IMG/VR virus record: IMGVR_UViG_2534681657_000014
Length of the DNA stretch: 4,765 nucleotides
Strand: one strand, 5' to 3'
Origin: a virus
Taxonomy: Duplodnaviria > Heunggongvirae > Uroviricota > Caudoviricetes
Under the pieces are notes generated by a model, which was not told where the DNA came from, did not search any database, and saw only the letters and a program-made list of their open reading frames with translations. Position numbers and translations under genes: made by a program. The first letter of the stretch is position 1. The number at the start of each line of letters is the position of its first letter. Shown in pieces: positions 1 to 4,765 of this stretch.

Positions 1-75
1 ACCGCTATGCAGCGAACTGCATATTGCCCCGTCAACGTATTACCACTGTCAGCAACAGCGACATCATCCGGATAA

Positions 76-846
76 ACGCAGTGCCCGTGCGCAGCGCGAT
101 ACTGGCTGAAGAAAGAGATACAGCGCGTATACGATGAAAATCACAAGGTATACGGTGTGCGTAAAGTCTGGCGTCAGTTGTTACGGGAAGGTATCAGAGT
201 GGCCAGATGCACTGTGGCACGTCTCATGGCGGTTATGGGACTTGCCGGTGTTCTCCGGGGTAAAAAGGTCCGTACGACCATCAGCCGGAAAGCCGTTGCC
301 GCAGGCGACCGCGTAAACCGTCAGTTCGTGGCAGAACGACCTGACCAGCTGTGGGTGGCTGATTTTACTTACGTCAGCACATGGCGGGGCTTCGTCTATG
401 TGGCGTTCATCATTGATGTGTTTGCCGGATACATCGTGGGGTGGCGGGTCTCATCGTCCATGGAAACGACATTCGTGCTGGATGCACTGGAGCAGGCGTT
501 ATGGGCCCGTCGACCGTCCGGCACGGTCCATCACAGTGATAAAGGTTCTCAGTATGTATCGCTGGCCTACACACAGCGGCTTAAGGAAGCCGGATTACTG
601 GCATCAACAGGAAGTACAGGCGACTCGTATGACAACGCGATGGCGGAGAGCATCAATGGTCTTTACAAAGCGGAGGTAATACACCGTAAGAGCTGGAAAA
701 ACCGTGCAGAAGTGGAACTGGCCACACTCACGTGGGTGGACTGGTATAACAATCGACGATTGCTGGAAAGGCTGGGCCATACTCCTCCGGCAGAAGCAGA
801 AAAAGCTTATTATGCTTCCATCGGAAACGATGATCTGGCAGCCTGA
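76..846 (+). CDS. IS3-family transposase OrfB (DDE/rve integrase core), 5'-partial and apparently frameshifted
   Basis: Frame-1 ORF (ORF track 157..846, GTG start; frame open from 76) reads ...LKKEIQRVYDENHKVYGVRKVWRQLLREGIRVARCTVARLM...DQLWVADFTYV...VHHSDKGSQY...YDNAMAESINGLYKAE..., with candidate DDE residues in ADFTY, HHSDKG and AESING. The expected upstream HTH-like segment PLCSELHIAPSTYYHCQQQRHHPDKRSARAQRD is encoded in frame 2 (nt 2-109) and stops at TGA 110-112, so N-terminal and catalytic parts sit in different frames. Confidence 0.85.
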   Translation, partial: TQCPCAARYWLKKEIQRVYDENHKVYGVRKVWRQLLREGIRVARCTVARLMAVMGLAGVLRGKKVRTTISRKAVAAGDRVNRQFVAERPDQLWVADFTYVSTWRGFVYVAFIIDVFAGYIVGWRVSSSMETTFVLDALEQALWARRPSGTVHHSDKGSQYVSLAYTQRLKEAGLLASTGSTGDSYDNAMAESINGLYKAEVIHRKSWKNRAEVELATLTWVDWYNNRRLLERLGHTPPAEAEKAYYASIGNDDLAA

Positions 847-888
847 GTTCACAGATAAAACACTCTCCAGGAAACCCGGGGCGGTTCA
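847..888 (+). repeat. right terminal inverted repeat region of the IS3-family element
   Basis: Lies between the transposase stop (844-846) and the point where lambda O-homologous sequence resumes (889 onward, ACTTCGGCAGAGG). Ends in ...GGTTCA. The left end is outside the window, so the IR length cannot be confirmed. Confidence 0.5.
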
Positions 889-926
889 ACTTCGGCAGAG
901 GTAACTTTGCCGGACAGGAGCGTAAT

Positions 927-1763
927 GTGGCAGATCTCGATGATGGTTACGCCAGACTATCAAATATGCTGCTTGAGGCTTATTCAGGCGCAGATCTGAC
1001 CAAGCGACAGTTTAAAGTGCTGCTTGCCATTCTGCGTAAAACCTATGGGTGGAATAAACCAATGGACAGAATCACCGATTCTCAACTTAGCGAGATTACA
1101 AAGTTACCTGTCAAACGGTGCAATGAAGCCAAGTTAGAACTCGTCAGAATGAATATTATCAAGCAGCAAGGCGGCATGTTTGGACCAAATAAAAACATCT
1201 CAGAATGGTGTATCCCTCAAAACGAGGGAAAATCCCCTAAAACGAGGGATAAAACATCCCTCAAATTGGGGGATTGCTATCCCTCAAAACAGGGGGACAC
1301 AAAAGACACTATTACAAAAGAAAAAAGAAAAGATTATTCGTCCGAGAATTCTGGCGAATCCTCTGACCAGCCAGAAAACGATCTTTCTGTGGTTAAACCG
1401 GATGCTGCAATTCAGAGCGGCAGTAAGTGGGGAACAGCAGAAGACCTGACCGCCGCAGAGGGGATGTTTGACATGGTGAAGACCATCGCGCCATCAGCCA
1501 GAAAACCGAATTTTGCTGGGTGGGCTAACGATATCCGCCTGATGCGTGAACGTGACGGACGTAACCACCGCGATATGTGTGTGCTTTTCCGCTGGGCCTG
1601 CCAGGACAACTTCTGGTCCGGTAACGTGCTGAGTCCGGCCAAACTCCGCGACAAGTGGACCCAGCTCGAAATCAACCGTAACAAGCAACAGGCTGGCGTG
1701 ACAGCCGGAAAACCAAAACTCGACCTGACAAACACTGACTGGATTTACGGGGTGGATCTATGA
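927..1763 (+). CDS. O: lambda-type replication initiator protein O, N-terminally truncated by the upstream IS insertion
   Basis: The 278-aa translation (VADLDDGYARLSNMLLEAYSGADLTKRQFKVLLAILRKTYGWNKPMDRITDSQLSEITKLPVKRCNEAKLELVRMNIIKQQGG...NTDWIYGVDL) matches lambda O as I recall it from residue ~22 onward. The frame is open back to 834, and 885-926 still encodes FNFGRGNFAGQERN (lambda O residues ~8-21), but there is no ATG. The first usable start is GTG 927, preceded by AGGAG at 916-920. The native start and first ~8 codons are displaced by the IS. Confidence 0.9.
   Translation: MADLDDGYARLSNMLLEAYSGADLTKRQFKVLLAILRKTYGWNKPMDRITDSQLSEITKLPVKRCNEAKLELVRMNIIKQQGGMFGPNKNISEWCIPQNEGKSPKTRDKTSLKLGDCYPSKQGDTKDTITKEKRKDYSSENSGESSDQPENDLSVVKPDAAIQSGSKWGTAEDLTAAEGMFDMVKTIAPSARKPNFAGWANDIRLMRERDGRNHRDMCVLFRWACQDNFWSGNVLSPAKLRDKWTQLEINRNKQQAGVTAGKPKLDLTNTDWIYGVDL
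1213..1297 (+). repeat. ori-lambda iterons (four O-binding repeats, each an internal dyad)
   Basis: Four tandem units inside the O coding sequence: TCCCTCAAAACGAGGGA (1213-1229), TCCCCTAAAACGAGGGA (1233-1249), TCCCTCAAATTGGGGGA (1257-1273), TCCCTCAAAACAGGGGGA (1280-1297). This is the classic ori-lambda iteron arrangement. Confidence 0.88.
1298..1340 (+). other. A/T-rich unwinding segment of the replication origin next to the iterons
   Basis: CACAAAAGACACTATTACAAAAGAAAAAAGAAAAGATTATTCG directly follows iteron 4, as in ori-lambda. Confidence 0.75.
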
Positions 1764-2461
1764 AAAACATCGCCGCACAGATGGTTAACTTTGACCGTGA
1801 GCAGATGCGTCGGATCGCCAACAACATGCCGGAACAGTACGACGAAAAGCCACAGGTACAGCAGGTAGCGCAGATCATCAACGGTGTGTTCAGCCAGTTA
1901 CTGGCAACTTTCCCGGCGAGTCTGGCTAACCGTGACCAGAACGAACTGAACGAAATCCGCCGCCAGTGGGTTCTGGCTTTCCGGGAAAACGGGATCACCA
2001 CAATGGAACAGGTTAACGCAGGAATGCGCGTAGCCCGTCGGCAGAACCGACCATTCCTGCCATCACCCGGGCAGTTTGTTGCATGGTGCCGGGAAGAAGC
2101 ATCCGTTATCGCCGGACTGCCAAACGTCAGCGAGCTGGTTGATATGGTTTACGAGTATTGCCGGAAGCGAGGCCTGTATCCGGATGCGGAGTCTTATCCG
2201 TGGAAATCAAACGCGCACTACTGGCTGGTTACCAACCTGTATCAGAACATGCGGGCCAATGCGCTTACTGATGCGGAATTACGCCGTAAGGCCGCAGATG
2301 AGCTTGTCCATATGACTGCGAGAATTAACCGTGGTGAGGCGATCCCTGAACCAGTAAAACAACTTCCTGTCATGGGCGGTAGACCTCTAAATCGTGCACA
2401 GGCTCTGGCGAAGATCGCAGAAATTAAAGCTAAGTTCGGACTGAAAGGAGCAAGTGTATGA
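1760..2461 (+). CDS. P: lambda-type replication protein P (DnaB helicase loader)
   Basis: The 233-aa ORF (MKNIAAQMVNFDREQMRRIANNMPEQYDEKPQVQQVAQIINGVFSQLL...AEIKAKFGLKGASV) is near-identical to lambda P as recalled. Its ATG overlaps the O stop (ATCTATGA) and its TGA stop overlaps the next ATG (GTATGATGG), the usual lambda coupling. Confidence 0.93.
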   Translation: MKNIAAQMVNFDREQMRRIANNMPEQYDEKPQVQQVAQIINGVFSQLLATFPASLANRDQNELNEIRRQWVLAFRENGITTMEQVNAGMRVARRQNRPFLPSPGQFVAWCREEASVIAGLPNVSELVDMVYEYCRKRGLYPDAESYPWKSNAHYWLVTNLYQNMRANALTDAELRRKAADELVHMTARINRGEAIPEPVKQLPVMGGRPLNRAQALAKIAEIKAKFGLKGASV

Positions 2462-2631
2462 TGGGCAAAGAGGCAATTATTCATTACCTGGGGACGCACA
2501 AGAGCTTCTGTGCGCCGGACGTTGCTGCGACAACAGGTGTGACATTAACCAGCATAAATCAGGCTGCGGCAAAAATGGCGCGGGCAGGAATCCTGGTCAT
2601 TGATGGTAAGGTCTGGCGAACGTTTGTTTAA
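2458..2631 (+). CDS. ren: ren-like ORF, C-terminally truncated (57 codons; lambda Ren is ~96 aa) at a recombination breakpoint
   Basis: Translation MMGKEAIIHYLGTHKSFCAPDVAATTGVTLTSINQAAAKMARAGILVIDGKVWRTFV* follows lambda Ren (MTGKEAIIHYLGTHNSFCAPDVAALTGATVTSINQAAAKMARAGVLVIEGKVWRT...) up to ...KVWRT, then diverges and stops at TAA 2629-2631. Not in the ORF track because it is under 60 codons. Confidence 0.6.
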   Translation: MMGKEAIIHYLGTHKSFCAPDVAATTGVTLTSINQAAAKMARAGILVIDGKVWRTFV

Positions 2632-2777
2632 CGGTTAGCTACTCAGGATGATAGGGCGGGGCAAGTGAGTATGAAGCGGATTTTCAGGAATGCCATCAGA
2701 GTTTGGAAATAAAGTGGGTTTTCTAGTGGCAAGAGACTTGATAATATTTAGTTCTTTGAATCCAAGGAGATAGGGTT

Positions 2778-3272
2778 ATGAGAAAATTTATTTTAGCCTT
2801 TGTTATAAGTGCCTCGTTTACAGCAAATGCTGGTGTAGAGAAGTTAGGGCCGTGGATAACAAAGTCTGAGATAAATAAAATGACTGACCAGACTGACTTT
2901 GTGGCCCTTAATTTATCACCAGATTCATATAACAAAGCAGGTACTGATCGTGCAACTTCACTGGTGTTGCGTTGTAGTGATAACAAAACAGATGCCTATT
3001 TATCATTCAATGATTATATGGGTTCGGACAACCCAAGAATTACAGTGCGGTTAGATGGCGGAAAGCCGGTCAAGAGTGTTTGGGGAGGTGGGGAAGGCGG
3101 TGATTCTGCATTTGCTCCACAACCAATACAATTTATAAAGACCTTGGCTAAGCATAAAAAAGCTATTTTTGGGTTTGAACCTTATGGATCAACTATGCAA
3201 GTAGTTGAGTTTGACTTGTCTGAGATTGATAAGGTTGTGGAAAAAATTTCACAGTCTTGCAATTGGAAATGA
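2778..3272 (+). CDS. hypothetical secreted/periplasmic protein with Sec-type signal peptide; moron-like cargo gene of unknown function
   Basis: 164-aa ORF with RBS AAGGAGA (2764-2770) 7 nt upstream of the ATG. N-terminus MRKFILAFVISASFTANA-G has a basic n-region, hydrophobic core and A-N-A cleavage motif, with no lipobox Cys. Two Cys in the mature part (LRCSD, QSCNWK) and a Gly-rich loop (WGGGEGGD). Markedly AT-rich compared with the flanking O/P genes, and followed by an intrinsic terminator. I do not recognise a homolog. Confidence 0.8.
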   Translation: MRKFILAFVISASFTANAGVEKLGPWITKSEINKMTDQTDFVALNLSPDSYNKAGTDRATSLVLRCSDNKTDAYLSFNDYMGSDNPRITVRLDGGKPVKSVWGGGEGGDSAFAPQPIQFIKTLAKHKKAIFGFEPYGSTMQVVEFDLSEIDKVVEKISQSCNWK

Positions 3273-3288
3273 CAAAAAAATTTCATAT

Positions 3289-3315
3289 GAACCCAGTTTG
3301 CGCTGGGTTTTTTAT
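3289..3315 (+). terminator. intrinsic (Rho-independent) terminator of the secreted-protein gene
   Basis: GAACCCAG-TTTGCG-CTGGGTT followed by TTTTTTATTT: stem CCCAG/CTGGG (3292-3296 / 3303-3307, extendable by A-T pairs), 6-nt loop, T-run 3308-3313, starting 17 nt after the stop codon. Confidence 0.7.
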
Positions 3316-4307
3316 TTCAGTAGCCAATAATGCATTCAAAATCTCTTACTTGAGAAACGGCCTATTTGAGATTTCAGTCGTGGCAGGATGATCAGTTGAT
3401 TCGAGTATTGACGCATTTGCGTTCGGAGCGATTACAGTAGATTGTAAATAATAATGAGAAACACATAGCCACCCCGTGGTATTGAAACCATATAATGTTG
3501 GATTTGAAAACAGATCTTTTCCCATGTATTAATAACTACATCCCCGCGAGTGATTCAAAAAGGAGGGCCCAATTTTGTCCGAGTTTTTGTATTCCCCCGC
3601 ATGCCGCTGCGGAGCACTACATCTGAGTGTCTGACTAGGGGATAAAATTAGACTGGATAGTGAGAAGAAAGTGGCGCGCTAGGCTGTGCCGAGTGCTACC
3701 AGTACACCTTGGGGGTGTGCAGCTTTCGCCGAGACTGTAGTGGGTATCGGTTAATGCACGAAAAACCGAGAGGTCAGACAACCAATTTGCCGTAGGATTG
3801 TTTCCGGTGCGATACCGGTCTACTAACTGAAAGCAATGCGAAAAAGCATAAACTCGGTCCTTCAGTCGCCCTACACACTATTTACTAAGAAGGGCTGAAG
3901 CATGGATACAATTATTACATGGATGGGAGATCGTCTGTTGGGGGGACACAAAAATCCGATCTGCGGCAGATGGCGATCACTGGATTAACTTCCGCGATTT
4001 GTTCAACAATTTTGTACACTGAAAAATTAAAACATGGTGAGCCTATTAACCCAAACGAAGAAGAAAAACTTTATAGGCTTTGGTATGAAGGAAACGCTTG
4101 AAAGAATAAAGCACAATTAAAACCTTTGATTTGCGATAATCAACTTGCCATAATTAAGTAATCGGAGTCTGAACAACTCCGGTGACTTCTGCGCTAAACG
4201 GGGACGTTTATGCGCACATACAATCCAAACTATCTTCTCCTTTCACAGATGCAGAAATGCACCTGCAATTCTTTGCATCTAGCGTTTGACCTCTGCGGAG
4301 GTGAAGC

Positions 4308-4430
4308 GTGAACCTCCCACAAGACGGCATCAAATTACATCGCGGCAACTTCACCGCTATCGGCCAGCAGATCCAGCCTTATCTGGAGGAAGGCAAATGC
4401 TTTGTAAGCGTCAACGGAGCACCGTATTGA
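4308..4430 (+). CDS. short ORF (40 codons) with strong RBS; probably the 5' fragment of a gene interrupted by the IS66-family insertion, with its last 9 codons read from the IS terminus
   Basis: GGAGG (4297-4301) sits 6 nt upstream of GTG 4308. Translation [32 protein letters not shown] then VSVNGAPY*, where the last 9 codons (4404-4430) lie inside the GTAAGCG... terminus of the IS66-type element. No homolog recognised. Confidence 0.3.
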   Translation: MNLPQDGIKLHRGNFTAIGQQIQPYLEEGKCFVSVNGAPY

Positions 4431-4436
4431 CGCTTA
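4404..4436. repeat. IS66-family terminal inverted repeat containing a strong hairpin
   Basis: GTAAGCGTCAACGGAGCACCGTATTGACGCTTA: arms TAAGCGTCAA (4405-4414) and TTGACGCTTA (4427-4436) are perfectly complementary (10 bp), with inner CGG/CCG pairing around an AGCA loop. Followed by TTTATT on the + strand. The transposase stop codon lies within the right arm. Confidence 0.45.
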
Positions 4437-4765
4437 TTTATTGGTGAGTACTACGTTCCATGGCAGGAGTTCGTCAACACGGTTGGAGGGCCATTCCGGC
4501 AGTACGCTCAGAATATGGCGCAGATACGCTTCCGGATCGATACCGTTCAGTCGGCAGGTGCCGATCAGCCCGTACAGCAGTGCTCCACGCTCGCCGCCGT
4601 GATCGCTACCGAAGAACACGTAATTTTTCTTTCCGAGACAGACTGCACGAAGCGCTCTTTCCGCTGTGTTATTGTCCACCTCCGCCAGACCGTCATCACT
4701 GTAATAACAGAGGGCGTCCCACTGATTCAGTACATAGCTGAACGCTTCGCCCAGTCTGGATTTTT
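4434..4765 (-). CDS. IS66-family transposase (TnpC-type), C-terminal part; N-terminus lies beyond the window
   Basis: Minus-strand translation ...KSRLGEAFSYVLNQWDALCYYSDDGLAEVDNNTAERALRAVCLGKKNYVFFGSDHGGERGALLYGLIGTCRLNGIDPEAYLRHILSVLPEWPSNRVDELLPWNVVLTNK* carries the IS66-family signature (DNNxAERALR...LGRKNxLFxGS...GG...LIxTCKLNGIDPxAYL...ELLPWN). The frame stays open to the window edge, so the M at 4679 in the ORF track is an internal GTG, not the true start. Confidence 0.85.
   Translation of the reverse strand, partial: KSRLGEAFSYVLNQWDALCYYSDDGLAEVDNNTAERALRAVCLGKKNYVFFGSDHGGERGALLYGLIGTCRLNGIDPEAYLRHILSVLPEWPSNRVDELLPWNVVLTNK

Larger units (their letters stand above)
1..888 (+). mobile_element. 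IS3-family insertion sequence (IS629/IS1203-like), 3' portion; window starts inside the element
   Basis: Contains a DDE transposase OrfB on the + strand ending at 846. The sequence 847-888 ends ...CCCGGGGCGGTTCA; its reverse complement starts TGAACCGCCCCGGG, the TG...CA terminus typical of IS3-family inverted repeats. Lambda O homology resumes immediately after 888. Naming it IS629-like is from memory, not a search. Confidence 0.8.
4404..4765 (-). mobile_element. IS66-family insertion sequence, terminal portion (continues beyond window end)
   Basis: The minus-strand ORF encodes the conserved C-terminal end of an IS66-family transposase. The element terminus is placed at GTAAGCG (4404-4410), reading inward; IS66-family inverted repeats characteristically begin 5'-GTAA. 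This is 30 bp beyond the transposase stop. The exact boundary cannot be confirmed without the other end. Confidence 0.7.

Noticed and set aside
134-904. Track ORFs overlapping the transposase (134..316 +, 398..679 +, 704..904 +, 604..852 -)
   Set aside because: They are alternative-frame or antisense frames within a clearly recognisable transposase gene, with no independent RBS or domain signal.
1213-1297. Regularly spaced ~18-bp direct repeats that could be taken for a CRISPR array or mini-satellite
   Set aside because: There are only four units, each is itself a dyad, they lie inside the O coding frame and are followed by an A/T-rich tract. This is the ori-lambda iteron architecture, not repeat-spacer structure.
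1180-2499. Track ORFs overlapping O and P (1180..1449 +, 1412..1735 -, 1494..1688 -, 1672..2001 -, 2076..2315 +, 2242..2499 -)
   Set aside because: They are shadow ORFs inside or antisense to O and P; their translations are low-complexity or Arg/Ser-rich and have no start context.
2715-2770. Sigma-70 promoter for the secreted-protein gene (TTGATA at 2738-2743)
   Set aside because: There is a -35-like hexamer but no convincing -10 at 16-18 bp spacing; the region is AT-rich and probably promoter-bearing, but I cannot place the elements confidently enough to call a feature.
2723-2986. Minus-strand 87-aa ORF antisense to the start of the secreted-protein gene
   Set aside because: It overlaps the RBS and signal-peptide region of a much better supported + strand gene and has no RBS of its own; AT-rich DNA readily yields such frames.
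3805-3850. GTGCG (group II intron 5'-end-like) followed by CTACTAAC and small GAAA-type hairpins
   Set aside because: I could find no domain V-like structure (the conserved ~34-nt hairpin) and there is no intron-encoded reverse transcriptase ORF; the short motifs are expected by chance.
3902-4101. 60-aa ORF (3919..4101) and short ATG frame at 3902 in the ORF-free region
   Set aside because: Neither has a Shine-Dalgarno sequence at proper spacing and the product has no recognisable features; kept only as part of the ORF-free-region finding.
889-4403. Possibility that the two flanking IS elements form a composite transposon carrying the replication and cargo genes
   Set aside because: The elements belong to different families (IS3 versus IS66) and so cannot cooperate as a composite transposon; they look like independent insertions into a decaying prophage.
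4308-4430. Weak resemblance of the small ORF C-terminus (SVNGAPY) to the SVNGQPY motif of the E. coli YjhX (TopAI) toxin
   Set aside because: The matching residues are encoded by the IS66-family terminal repeat, not by the cargo gene, and the spacing and N-terminal sequence do not align; judged coincidental.
4460-4741. Plus-strand 93-aa Arg-rich ORF
   Set aside because: It is antisense to the conserved IS66-family transposase C-terminus; the Arg-rich composition is the typical artifact of reading GC-rich coding DNA on the wrong strand.

Overview
This 4.8 kb window is a mosaic piece of a lambda-like (lambdoid) prophage replication module from an enterobacterial genome (E. coli/Shigella-like), cut up by two unrelated insertion sequences. 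All identifications rest on reading the six-frame translations and on remembered protein sequences; no database search was run. Left to right: (1) the 3' part of an IS3-family element (IS629/IS1203-like) whose transposase OrfB appears frameshifted, ending near nt 888; (2) a lambda O replication initiator gene whose first ~21 codons are displaced by that IS, with the four ori-lambda iterons and A/T-rich segment intact inside it; (3) an intact lambda P gene; (4) a ren-like ORF that breaks off after ~55 codons where lambda-like sequence is replaced by AT-rich foreign DNA; (5) in that foreign DNA, a stand-alone gene for a 164-aa signal-peptide protein of unknown function with its own RBS and intrinsic terminator; (6) about 1 kb with no credible ORF but many hairpins and dyads; (7) a short well-initiated ORF cut by (8) the end of an IS66-family element whose transposase runs on the minus strand out of the window. 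The most interesting candidates for something undescribed are the secreted-protein gene and the adjacent ORF-free region; both are hypotheses, not established systems.
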